In this document: in pieces, positions 13,800-32,100 of the stretch
Position numbering within the stretch: position 1 is the stretch's first letter
Layout of the letters: every line of letters begins with the position of its first letter
Source: the human T2T-CHM13v2.0 reference genome, Homo sapiens
Assembly: GCF_009914755.1 (NCBI RefSeq)
Contig: NC_060935.1
Strand: one strand, 5' to 3'
Length of the DNA: 64,000 bases
Made by a program: the position numbers and the translations under genes
Notes under the pieces: generated by a model
What the model saw: the letters and a program-made list of their open reading frames with translations, nothing else
Databases searched by the model: none
What the model was told of the DNA's origin: nothing

Positions 13800-16522
13800 T
13801 TGAGGATAATTGAAATCTTAACAATATTAAGTCTTCTAATCCATGAACATAATATACATCTTCATTGTTTAGGACTCCTTTCACAGTGTTTTTAAGTTTT
13901 CAGCATACAGAGTAAGCACATTTTTTTTTTTAAAAACACCGATACTTAAGTATAATACAATATTTATTTTTGGTGCTTTTGTAAATTATATTTTGAAAAT
14001 ATTCAATTTCAAAGTATTCATTACTAATATGTAGAAATAAAATTGATTTTTTTTGTATATTGACCTGCAACTTTGCTAAACTCACATATTAATTCTAGTC
14101 GTTCTTTCATATTGTCCATGAATAGAGGTAATTTTGTTTCTTCCTTTCAATTTGCTTATCTTTTATTTATTTTTCCTGCCTTATTGCACTGACTGGGACC
14201 TTCAGTAGGATGTTGAGTAGAAATGTTGAGAGAAAACATCCTTGCCTTGCTCCCAAACTTAGTGGAGCCTTCAGTCTTTTCATCATTAAGAATCATGCTA
14301 CCTGCAGATTTTCTTGGTAGATGCCTATTATAAGACTAAGGAAGTTTCCTTCTATTTGTAGTTTGTTGAGAGCGTGTTTTTTTTTTTTTTTAAATCATGA
14401 ATGCATGTTGAATTTGGTTAAGTGACTTTTGTACTTATATTAAGATAATCATATTCATTTTCCTTTAGTCTGTTGATATAATGAATTACATTTATTTATA
14501 TTTAAATAGTGAGGAACCTTGCCTTTCTAAGTCTATTATGATGATTTTAAAAAATGTACTGCTGTTTTTTATTTCTTAATATTTTGTTAAGAATTTTTGC
14601 AAATTGTTGGTGAGATCTTTTGTACCATAATTTTTTTTCTTGTAATGTCTTTGTTTTGTCTTGGTGTTAGGGTAATACTGGCCTTATAAAATGAGTTGAG
14701 GAATATTCTCTTCAGTTTTTTGTTTGGATGAACATGTGTAGAATTTACAGTTATTCTTTAAGCTACTGAATTTTATATACAGAAAATATCTCTTGTGAAT
14801 GTTGAAAATGTCATTTCTTTTTCTTGTTTTATTGCATTGGTTCAGTATTCCAGAAATATGTTAAATATTAGTACACTGCTTTATCTGTTTAATGAGGGTG
14901 CCTCCAGTATTTTACTATTAAATGTGCTGAAATATAATATTGGCTTGATATTCTCTATTACGTCAAAGAATTATTAAATTCCACTTTGCAAAGTTTTGTT
15001 TCTATCATGAATAGATTTAGAATTTTATCAAATTGCTTTCCAGCATTTATTTTTTAACAGCTTTATTGAGATATAGTTCACACACATACTATTTACTTAT
15101 TTAAAGTGTAGAACTCAACCTAGTTTTTTGTGTATTTACAGGATTATACAGCTATTACTGCAATCTAATTTTAAACTTTTTCACCACCCCAAAAAGTGAC
15201 ACCAAGCTCATTTATTATCACTCCCCATTTCCACCTGCCTCTATCTCCTGGAAACTGCTAATGTACTTTGTGTTCCTATATATTTGCCTATTGTGAACAT
15301 TTTGTATTTTTTTGTGAATATCTGGAGTTTTTTACTTAGCACGATATTTTCAAAGTTCATTTATGTTGCAGTATGTATCGGTATTTCAATTCTTTTTATG
15401 CTCAAATTATATTTTATTATTTGGATATACTACTTTTTTTAACTGTCACTTGATGGACATGCAGGTTGTTTCTGCTTTTTGGTTATGCTGCTGTGAACAT
15501 GTCATTGTGTGGACATATGTTTTCATTTCTCTTGGGTATACATCTAGAAACGGAATTGCTTGGTCATATGGTAACTCTATGTTTGTTTAACATATTGAAG
15601 GATTTCCAGACCAAAGCGTCTGCCTCATTTTAATTCTCCTCAGCAGGATGAGAGTTCCAATTTCATTCACATTTTTATTTGTCTTTCTGATTATAACCAC
15701 CCAAGTGGGTGTGTAGTTGTATGGTTTTGATTTCTATTTCTTAATGACTAATGATATTGAACATCTTTTTAGATACTTATTGACAATTTGTTTATCTTCT
15801 TTGGAGAAATGCCTATTCAGATGCTTTGCCAATTTTTCAATTGGATTGTTTATTTTTTATTATTGAGCTTTAAGGGTTCCTTATTCTAGATACTCATCCT
15901 TTATTAGACATACTTTTTGCAAATATTTGCTCATTCTATGGGGTGTCTTTTCACTTTCCTGATGGTTTCACTTGCAGCATGAAAGTTTGTAATTTTGATG
16001 ATGTCCAACTTACCTGTCTTTTTCTTTTATTGTTGGTGATTTTGACGGTGTTATGTCTAAAAAAATCCTTGCCTAATCCAAGGTCATGAAGATTTACTTC
16101 TATGGTTTTCTTTTTCCTAAGAGTTACATAGTTTCAACTCTTACATTCATTTTGAACTAATTTTGTGTATGATTTGAGGAAGGGACCTAATTCATTCTTT
16201 TGCATGTAGACATTTATTTTTTCCAGCACTATTTGTTAAGAAGACTATTGGACTATTTTTTCCCTCATTGAATTGTATTGTATTGGATCCCTTGTCTAAA
16301 ATCAACTGATCACAACTGTAAGGGTTTATTTTTGGGTTTTAAATTTTATTGCATTGATCAATCTGCTTATCCTTATGCTAATACCACACTGTCTTGATCA
16401 CTATAGCTTTGTAGTAACCTCTGAAGTTTAAGAAGTGTTGGCCTTCCAACTTTGTTTCTTTTTTTCAAGATTCTTTTAACTTTGTTTCTTTTCTTCAAGA
16501 TTCTTTTGGCTATTCTGGGTCT
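13800..16522 (-). mobile_element. Old L1M fragments: ORF2 piece (13800-15045) followed by an L1MB-type 3' end (15050-16522)
   Basis: Antisense ORF2-like sequence; L1MB-type terminus ttttaacagctttattgagatatagttcac at 15052. Confidence 0.75.
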
Positions 16523-18142
16523 TCAAAAATTATTGATGTAATAAATTATACAAATGGATGTCCTGTCAATCCATCATCATTATTGAAACCATAGAGAAAA
16601 CACTGAAATACTTGACTACAAACTTATGTATGTAACAAAGTATTATAAATCAATCTACAAGGCAAAGTATAAAAATATTTGTAAATATGTTAAAGGCACT
16701 GGGTCAATATATGTAATTTGTAAAGTATTGTAATATATTAATAGAAACATGATATATGTTTAAATTTAGAAATAGCAGAGAACAGATAATTTATAAGAGA
16801 AATGTGAATGACCAATAAGCTTAGACAAAAAGTTTGTCATGATAGTAAAAGAAATTAGAATTAAAACAATATAATATCTTTCACCCCTTTTAAAATTTAT
16901 GTATTTTTTACTTTTCCATTAAGCAACTGTATGTATCTTTTTTGGTGACAACAGTCAATGTTATCATCGTTGAAACAAACACTCAGGTCATGTGGCTGGA
17001 GAGTATATATTTATTGGACGGTAATTTAGCAGTACTTGTCAACAGCCGTATATGCTTATACTCTTTGATGAACTAACAAATACAACATGGTATTAGTTAT
17101 TATGATGAAAAATTGGAAAATATAATGGATGATGATAAGTAATAAGTAAGTATAGTTTAGCTGTATAATGAGATATCTTGGGGACATTAAAAATAAAGAA
17201 TTAGAGTCAAATTTACAAGACAAAATGTTCTTGAGTTATATGCACATATGTAACTTGTAGTATTTGGTTGCATTTTCCTCCATTCATTACCTTAAATCAT
17301 ATTTTATCAGATCTGGAGGAAGTCCTCATAAACTGGGGCTAGAAGTCAGCTAAAACCATATAAAAAATTAAATTCAATTGGTTGTATTTTAAAATATCCT
17401 TAAAGTTGTATGGTCCTAGTAATATTGAATAATGCACAATCTCATCACACCCAAAGCTTTTTTGGTTCTAGATTATACAGACCAATCAATAAAAAAATCT
17501 TTTTTTTTTTTTTTTTTGCATTTACACTAATGAGTTTATTTTTTTTTATTTTATTTTTTTTATTTTTTTTTTATTATACTCTAAGTTTTAGGGTACATGT
17601 GCACATTGTGCAGGTTAGTTACATGTGCCATGCTGGTGCGCTGCACCCACTAACGTGTCATCTAGCATTAGGTATATCTCCCAATGCTATCCCTCCCCCC
17701 TCCCCCGACCCCACCACAGTCCCCAGAGTGTGATATTCCCCTTCCTGTGTCCATGTGATCTCATTGTTCAATTCCCACCTATGAGTGAGAATATGCGGTG
17801 TTTGGTTTTTTGTTCTTGCGATAGTTTACTGAGAATGATGGTTTCCAATTTCATCCATGTCCCTACAAAGGACATGAACTCATCATTTTTTATGGCTGCA
17901 TAGTATTCCATGGTGTATATGTGCCACATTTTCTTAATCCAGTCTATCATTGTTGGACATTTGGGTTGGTTCCAAGTCTTTGCTATTGTGAATAGTGCCG
18001 CAATAAACATACGTGTGCATGTGTCTTTATAGCAGCATGATTTATAGTCCTTTGGGTATATACCCAGTAATGGGATGGCTGGGTCAAATGGTATTTCTAG
18101 TTCTAGATCCCTGAGGAATCGCCACACTGACTTCCACAAGGG

Positions 18143-20883
<2,741 letters not shown>

Positions 20884-21900
20884 ATGGGGAAAAAACAGAA
20901 CAGAAAAACTGGAAACTCTAAAACGCAGAGCGCCTCTCCTCCTCCAAAGGAACGCAGATCCTCACCAGCAACAGAACAAAGCTGGATGGAGAATGATTTT
21001 GACGAGCTGAGAGAAGAAGGCTTCAGATGATCAAATTACTCTGAGCTACGGGAGGACATTCAAACCAAAGGCAAAGAAGTTGAAAACTTTGAAAAAAATT
21101 TAGAAGAATGTATAACTAGAATAACCAATACAGAGAAGTGCTTAAAGGAGCTGATGGAGCTGAAAACCAAGGCTCGAGAACTACGTGAAGAATGCAGAAG
21201 CCTCAGGAGCCGATGCGATCAACTGGAAGAAAGGGTATCAGCAATGGAAGATGAAATGAATGAAATGAAGCGAGAAGGGAAGTTTAGAGAAAAAAGAATA
21301 AAAAGAAATGAGCAAAGCCTCCAAGAAATATGGGACTATGTGAAAAGACCAAATCTACGTCTGATTGGTGTACCTGAAAGTGATGTGGAGAATGGAACCA
21401 AGTTGGAAAACACTCTGCAGGATATTATCCAGGAGAACTTCCCCAATCTAGCAAGGCAGGCCAACGTTCAGATTCAGGAAATACAGAGAACGCCACAAAG
21501 ATACTCCTCGAGAAGAGCAACTCCAAGACACATAATTGTGAGATTCACCAAAGTTGAAATGAAGGAAAAAATGTTAAGGGCAGCCAGAGAGAAAGGTCGG
21601 GTTACCCTCAAAGGAAAGCCCATCAGACTAACAGCGGATCTCTCGGCAGAAACCCTATAAGCCAGAAGAGAGTGGGGGCCAATATTCAACATTCTTAAAG
21701 AAAAGAATTTTCAACCCAGAATTTCATATCCAGCCAAACTAAGCTTCATAAGTGAAGGAGAAATAAAATACTTTATAGACAAGCAAATGCTGAGAGATTT
21801 TGTCACCACCAGGCCTGCCCTAAAAGAGCTCCTGAAGGAAGCGCTAAACATGGACAGGAACAACCGGTACCAGCCGCTGCAAAATCATGCCAAAATGTAA
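20884..21900 (+). pseudogene. L1 ORF1 with two nonsense mutations (R49*, Q259*)
   Basis: ATG 20884, TAA 21898-21900 (1017 nt); internal TGA at 21028 and TAA at 21658. Confidence 0.93.
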
Positions 21901-21939
21901 AGACCATCGAGACTAGGAAGAAACTGCATCAACTAATGA

Positions 21940-23472
<1,533 letters not shown>

Positions 23473-23771
23473 CAAGAGAAGCTGAAGAGAAACCAGAAAT
23501 CTTGAAAGGAAAGCTGACCATGGAAGCTTATTTTCTTCCGAGGGTACTCTTGCACTTTTAAACTATTGTTTTGATGTAAGATGAGGATTACAGAGATAAA
23601 AATCCAGGGTTCAAACAAGGTGAGAAATCTAATAAAAGACAAAACAAGATGGTTCTCAATTGGTGGTTTTCTTGGGCACCCGACAGAAGAAAATCCAAGT
23701 ACTCTATGAAGAAAGCCTGAGATCATTCCAATGACTTTTTTTTTTTTTCCCGGAGTAGAAAGGTCATCACA

Positions 23772-24081
<310 letters not shown>

Positions 24082-24090
24082 GTCATCACA

Positions 24091-25200
24091 CTGCCAAAGA
24101 TAACCAAGCCTATAAGAAAACAAATTGACATGCATAAGAACCAATAAAAGCAAACAAAAAACAAAAAGAAAAAGTCTTGCAGTTATTTCAGATATTGGAA
24201 TATCAGAGAAAGCCTATAAAATAGACATGTTAAATATGCTCAGAGAAATAGAAGACAAGTTTGAAAATGACTTCAAGTAATAGGATACTATAAAAATGAT
24301 ATCACAAATTTGATGAAAGAGCCAAATAGAGAACCCCTGGAAATAAAAATGCCATAACTAGTGTTATAGCTCTTTTAGAATTTGTCCCCAACCAGATAAA
24401 TAAAAAGATATCTATACCTAGACGCATCATAGGAAAACTGTACAACACCAGAGACAAAGAGAAAAATCTTAAAAGCAGCCACAGCAAAAAGATATATTAT
24501 CTTTAAAAGAATAAAAGTTAGTCTGAAGTTGACTTCTCAGTAGCAACAACAGAAGCCAGAAGATAGTGGATTATTCTCAGTTTGATGTAGTAACTGCCAA
24601 CCAAGAATTCCACACTCAGGGAAAGCATATTTCAAGATAAAAGTAAATAATTCAAGATAAAAGTAAATAAAGTTATTTTTAAATAAACAAAAGCTGAGTT
24701 TGTCATCAGCACATTTTCTTCAAAGGAAATTCTAACACGTGTTCTTCATGCAGAAGGAAAATTGCAGATAGATGTTCTAAGGTACAAGAAAAAATTCAGG
24801 GGCCAGGCGCGGTGGCTCATGCCTATAATCACAGCACTGGAGAGGTCGAGGCAGGCGGATCACAAGGTCAAGAGATTGAGACCATCCTGACCAACATGGT
24901 GAAACCCCATCTCTACCAAAAATACAAAAATTAGCTGGGTGTGGTGGCACGCACCTGTAGTCCCAGCTACTCAGGAGGCTGAGGCAGGAGAATGGCTTGA
25001 ACCTGGGAGGCGGAGGTTGCAGTAAGCCATCACACCACTGCACTCTAGCCTGGCAACACAGCGAGACTTCGTCTCAAAAAAAAAAAAAAAGGAAAAACAT
25101 CAGGAAAGTAGTAAATATGTGGTAAATGTAACTTAAATTGGAATAATACTAACTTCTGGAGATTTTTCAAAAATCACAGAATTAAAAAACAGGACAACAT
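24091..25200 (+). mobile_element. Ancient L1M/HAL1 ORF1-region fossil, interrupted by an Alu
   Basis: A-rich ORF1-like sequence (gacaaagagaaaaatcttaaaagcagcc, gacttctcagtagcaacaacagaagccagaagatagtgg). Confidence 0.6.
24801..25090 (+). mobile_element. AluSc-like
   Basis: ggatcacaaggtcaagagattgagaccatcctg diagnostic; A tail. Confidence 0.88.
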
Positions 25201-27109
25201 TAGCATATTCATTGCAAAGTGTCTGGAGCAGCCTCTTATGGACCTGAGGTGATTATCTTGAGAAGAAAATTGTGATGGACACAAGGAAGCAAAAGGGTGA
25301 TCTCTTGAATGAAGAGCTGGCTGATTGAAAGCAAAAGGCTGAAGTGTCCTTAAGAAGAACAACAAAGCCAGCTTCTCTGCATCAGGGCAAAGAACGTGGA
25401 GGAATAAGATGCTTGGGCCAGTGGGACCAGAAATATGAAAACAGGAGAGGATGGGATGAGGACACTCAGAACATTAATATTTCCCCACAAATTACTCATC
25501 TCCTGTGGAGGGACTCCATGACGTTAGGGTTACTTCCTGTCTTGTTTTTTTTTTGACTGCCTGTGATCCACACTGAGCTGAGCTGCGCTGTGGAAAAGGC
25601 ACAGCAGACAGACTGATGCAAGAGGGCTAAAAGAAGATGACATGTCAGCAGCATAAACATCAGTTTCAGAATCTGACTGGCTGCTAGTGTGAAAATGTCA
25701 GAAGTGAGCTCTGCCCCAAGATGTTGAGGAGGTGTGATGTTAATGCTGATGACACAGATGGAGTCAGCATGAAGCTTTGGCAGCAGCATCTCCAATACAG
25801 CTCCAGCCTTCTGTGGGCTTCTGACTGCTTGAGTCATTGTTACAGAGATGGCTGAACATTTCACCCCTCATCTTGTGGTTTTTGGTTATGGATCCAACTG
25901 TTCAAGGAGCTGGTGTGAACTGATTCCTAAAGCTAGAATTAGACCAACTCTGCTGTGGGTGTGATGGGTCGTGGTGGGGAAAGCACTCAAATCTAACTTA
26001 GAATTCTCTGATTACTTCACCATCTCCTTCAGTAAGTACACTGTCAACTCCTTCAGGGAAGAATGGTATTCTTTATCTTCATATCACCTGGCACATGTAA
26101 GTGTCCAATAATAGGTTTTTTTTTTTCTTAAGTGACTAAACCCCTATTAGGTTGCAATAGTCGAAATTCAGATTTGATTTTGTACAGTATCACTGGCATC
26201 TCTATTTTCTCTTTCTCCTATTCAACACCTTTTGGGGAGGACATTTGGTATTATCAAAATTTGGGGGGAAAGTTTGATGTCTTTTTCTTTCCAAGTAGTC
26301 ACTGGCCAGAGTCATAAAATTGTTTTGTACTAGGATTGTGTTAGTCTTTTTTACATCATCAAGGTAAGGAGTGGGTCTGCTCATCAGTTTTAACCTAAGA
26401 ACAAGGCCAGGCAGTCCAACTTTGTCAACATTAATGGGTATTCAATCATTATAGTCAAAGAATTTTCCATCGGAGGAATTTGAAAACTATGATTTATCAG
26501 CCAAAAATCTACCTACTGGTATTGGAGAGAATGAAAATAATGACTGGGCTGATGTCATTTTGTATTCTTTTCCTCCATTCTTAAGGGTTGGAAGCAAGTC
26601 TGAAAAATATTTTCATGGGCAGAACGAGTTAATAATTGATTATTAAAAGGGTCTCCTCTCTCCTCTCTCCCCTCTCCTCCCATGACCAACTCTGGAAATG
26701 AGTTTATTTTCTTCTTAATCTCAAATGATTTGGTCACCAGTAATAGTACTATGCTATTGTTTCTCAGGCATACCAAGGACTAGTACCCTTAGTTAGGGTA
26801 GTCAGCAATTTAACAACGTCCTTGGTTTTGAAGAAAGTCTCCAGCCTTGGATAGATAAAGCAGATGGATTTTATTATGACATTTTCACCTTTAATTGTAT
26901 GTTGGTTACAAAGTGAATTTGGGTAGAGATAATAAAGATCTAGGAGAGAAGATATTGCAGTAGAAAGTGAAATCCCAGAAGCAAAGGTGCCAAGAAGAAG
27001 AGAAAGTGCCAGGCCTTGGAGCTTTCAATGAGAAAATGCTCCATGTTACTAAGTCAGGTAAATACCAAGGAACTGTCCTCTACACATTTTGTGATGGTTA
27101 AGAAAATGC

Positions 27110-27668
<559 letters not shown>

Positions 27669-28004
27669 GAAATTGCAACTTTTCATCCATGAAACCAACT
27701 CTTAGTCAAATAGTCAATTTCATGGGTTTACATCTAAACCCATGAAATGGGTTTTAGATGTAAAACACAATAACTTTATTTTAAAGCAGAGGATTCGCAG
27801 GACAGAGATTTTGAATGGCTTGCCCACTATTTAGTGCCCAAATTATGATCAGAACCTAGTTTTCCAGTCTATTACTTAATTCACAGTACCTGCTGATTTT
27901 CTACTTCACAAAGACAGTGTGGAACACTTTATAGATTAAAACAAAAATATTGAAAAGCAGTGTGTTAATTATCCTTTCAAAAGGCTGGAAGACGTATAAT
28001 AGAT

Positions 28005-28235
28005 AGGTAGTAGAGTGGTTAAACTTGAGCTTTGATAGGCTGGGTTCATGCTACTTCCTAGCTATATAACCTCAGGTAAGTTCTAAAATCTCTTTAAGCT
28101 TTTTTTTCTTTTCTGTGAAATGGTGATAATGAGTGTATCTATCTCAGGGTTATGAGATTTAAGTGAGACAATGCATGGAAAATGCCAAGCACAGAGCCTG
28201 GCATGTATCATCTCATTCAACATGCTGGCCATTAT
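28005..28235 (+). mobile_element. MIR
   Basis: ctgggttcatgctacttcctagctatataacctcaggtaag...ctgtgaaatggtgataat. Confidence 0.7.
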
Positions 28236-28629
28236 TTTGCGTGCATGCACAATATGATGACTTAGGACACCTTGGTTGCTCTATGCAATTGTTGAACTGC
28301 GTGCAGAACAGTCTTTTCTCCTTTTAATTTTCTGGCCTGTAATTGCTCCACACTGGCTTCAGCACTTGTTGGGTGTCCTTTCTTAACAAATTAGTGATGA
28401 TTGGACAACCAATAGAAAAGGTGAGTGATGGCTTAAGATATTTAATTATAAAATAAAGACTTGGTACCTTAGAATTGAAGTGATCCTTGGAGGTTATGTA
28501 GCTCAATAGTCCTCGAAACATCTTCTGTATATTACTTCAAGGTAAAACAAGAGACAAACAATAACAACAAAAAGAACCCATCTGAATATCTTAGGTCTCC
28601 TCCCTCAATTTATTTTGATCTTATTTATG

Positions 28630-28880
28630 TCACAGATAATATTTACTGAGCACATCCCTTGTACCAGGCATTGTACTATATGGCCTATGGGTGTGATCTC
28701 AGTTAATGCTCACAGTAACCCTGTAAAGTTGTGCTATTTTCATCACATTTTAAAGATATGCACACTAAGGTTCAGAGAAATTGTGTCCAAAGGCAATTTG
28801 CCTTTGGACACAAGAACACCATGATTTGAAGCTAGCTCTATTTGACTTCAAATTCTATGCTCTGAACCACTTTCCACACA
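28630..28880 (-). mobile_element. MIR
   Basis: tttactgagcac...gtaccaggcattgt...actaaggttcagagaa. Confidence 0.7.
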
Positions 28881-29109
28881 AAGAACAAACCTTGAATCAT
28901 CCTTTCTGGATCATATATATGCTTATTTGCCCAAATATGCCTGTTCGTGATAAATTCAGACAGATGAGATTTGCACTAAGGCAAATTTAAGGTGATCTCT
29001 CATCTAATGCCATAAATGCTACACTTCCTTTTACCTGTGAAAAAATAGCCAGAACTTTGGCTTATAGCCTATCATTGAGTTAAACAAAACAAAACATAAC
29101 AAAAATATA

Positions 29110-32100
29110 CCTGACTAGCTGCAGACACCACTGGCGCCCATATTCCCTACCTAGGGGCCTGAAGACTGGCCTACCTGACTTGCTGTTGCCATTACTGGCA
29201 CCACATATCCCACCTGGGGTTCAAAGACTGGTCCACTAGGGGAAAGCCATCACCACTTCTGGTGCCCCGACATGTCACCTAAGGGCCTGACGACTAGCCC
29301 AGCTGGTGCACCCCTCCCCAGAAAAGCCACATTATAAGCTCCACAAACAACCACAGCCTAAGCCACTCAGGAACTCAAGGACACTGCTGATGCTGATTAC
29401 AGCAGAAATGATCATTTGGTGACTACACTACAATGCCCACCCAGAACCAAAGCCAAAGCACCCTACCCAACTGACATTATAAATACATCTATAGGAAAAC
29501 ATCTCTCTTTATGAAGCCACTCTATAAACTTGGAAGAAGAAAAAAACTGCACCAGATTCACAGATATTAATATAACGACACAAAAAACATGAAAAAGCAA
29601 GGAAACATGAACACTTCCAAAGGAACACAATAATTCTCCATTAACAAACCCCCAGAGAAAATAACATTTATGAAATGTCTGAAAATAAATTCAAATAATG
29701 ATCTTAAGAAAGCTCAGTGAGATATAAGAGAACACAGATAAACAATACAAAGAAATCAGGAAAACAATTCATGATCTGAATTAGAAATTCAATAAGAAGA
29801 TATGTATGGAAAAGAGCCAATCAGAAATCCTGGAACTGAAAAATTCAATGAATCAAATAAAAAATTCAATCAAGAACTTCAAAATTAGACTAGATCAAAC
29901 AGAATAAATAATTTTTGTACTTGAAGATAGTTAATCAGAAAAAAAAGAAAAAGAAAAAAGAATGAAGAAAACCTATGTGAAATATGGAACTCTATCAAGC
30001 AAACAAACTTTCAAATGTTTGGAATTTCAGAAGGAGAAGATACGGAAAAAGGCATAGAAAACCTATTTAATAAAATAATAATCGAAAGCTTCTCAAATCT
30101 TGGAAGAGATATACACATCTACATAGAGGAAGCTGAAAGATTCCCAAATAGATTCAACCTTAAAAGGTACTCTGTGAGGCACATTATTGTCAAACTGTTG
30201 TAACTGAAAGACAAAGGGAGAATGATAAAAACAGGAGGAGAAAAGCAACAAGTCATGTATAAGGGAATCCCCATCAGACAATTGGTGGACTTCTCAGCAG
30301 AAACCTTACAGGCCAGGAGAAAATGAGATGATATATTCAAAGTGCTGAAAGAAAAGAACTGCCAGCCAAGGATATTGTCCACAGTAAAACTATTCTTCAG
30401 AAATGAAGGAGAAATAAAGCATTTCCCAGGGAAACAAAAGCTAAGGAAATTAATCACCACTAGATTGGCACTATAGGAAATGCTTAAGGGAGTCCTGTGT
30501 TTGGAAATGAAAGTACAATGTCCATGATCATGAAAACACACTAAAATATAAAGCTTGCTGGAAAAGCAGATACACAAATGAAAGAGAATAAGAAATCAAA
30601 CATCATCACTATACAAAAAGTCACCAAATTGCAAAGATAAACAGTAACAGAGGATGAAAGGAACAAAAGATGTACAAAACAACCCCAGAAATTAACAAAA
30701 ATGACAGGAACAAGTCCTTACCTATTAATAACAACCTTGAATGTAAACAATTTAAATTATCCAATTAAAAATATAGACTTGCTAGATGGATTAAAAAAAA
30801 CCACAAGACTCAACTATATGCTGCCTTATAAGAAACTCACTTCACCTGTAGACACACACAGACTGAAAGTGAAAAGATGAAAAAATATATTACATGCAAA
30901 CAAAAACCAATAGCATATTGGAATAGCTAGACTTATGTCACACCAAATAGACTTCAAGTCAAAAAACATGAAAAGAGAAAAAGAAGGTAATTATATAATG
31001 ACAAAGGGATCAATTCAGCCAGAGCCTAGAACAATTGCAAATACTTACGCACCAAATACTGGAGCACCAGATATATAAAGCAAATATTATTAGAACAAAA
31101 GAGAGAGACTTTTACAACAATAACTGAGGACTTCAACTCCACTTTTAGCATTGGACAGATCATTTAGACAGAAAATTAACAAAGAAACATCAGACCTAAA
31201 CTGCACTATAGACCAAATAGACTTAACAGACAAATCTTAGAACATTTCATCCACCAGCTGCAGAACACACATTCTTCTCATCATCACATGCAACATTCTC
31301 CAAGATAGCCCACATGTGAGGCCCAAAAACTAGTCTCAAAAAATATTTAAAAACTGACATTATATGAAGCATCTACTCAGATTGCAATGGAATAAATCAG
31401 AAATCATTAACAAGAGGAACTTTAGACATTTTGGAATACATGAAAATTAAATAATATGCTCCTAAATGAACATTGGGTCAATGAAGAAATTAAAGGAAAT
31501 AAAAAACTTTCTTGAAACAAAAATTTAAACACAATGTACCAAAACCTATGGGATACAACAAAAGTGGCACTAAGAGGAAAGATTATAGAGATAAATGCCT
31601 ACATCAAAAAAAGTAGAAAGATTTTAAATACATGACCTAATAAGGCACCTCAAGGAAGTAGAAAAGCAAGAATAAGCAAATCCAAAATTAGTAAAGAGAA
31701 ATAAATAGTAAAGGTGAGAGGAAAACTAAACAAAATAGAAACTAAAAAAAAATCAACAAAACAAATTTTGGTTTTTAAAAAAGATAAATAAAACCCACAG
31801 ACTGTTAACTAGACTAAAAGGAAACAAAAGAAAGGAGACCCAAATAAAATCAGAGACAAAGAGACAACTGATATCACATAAATGCAAAGGATCATTAGAT
31901 ACTATTATGAACAACTATATACTAACAAATGCAAAAACCTAGAGGAAATGGCCAATATCCTGTACACATATTATCTACCTAGATTGAACAGGAAGAAATA
32001 GAAAACCTGAACAAATCAATAATGAATAAAAAGGTTGAAACAGTAATAAAAAGCCTCCCAAAGAAAAGCCCAGGACCAGATTACTTTACTGCTGAACTCT

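Noticed and set aside
29120-29320. Three ~65-bp spaced repeats resembling a CRISPR-like array
   Set aside because: Degenerate monomers of the old L1MA 5'UTR; mammalian DNA with no cas genes
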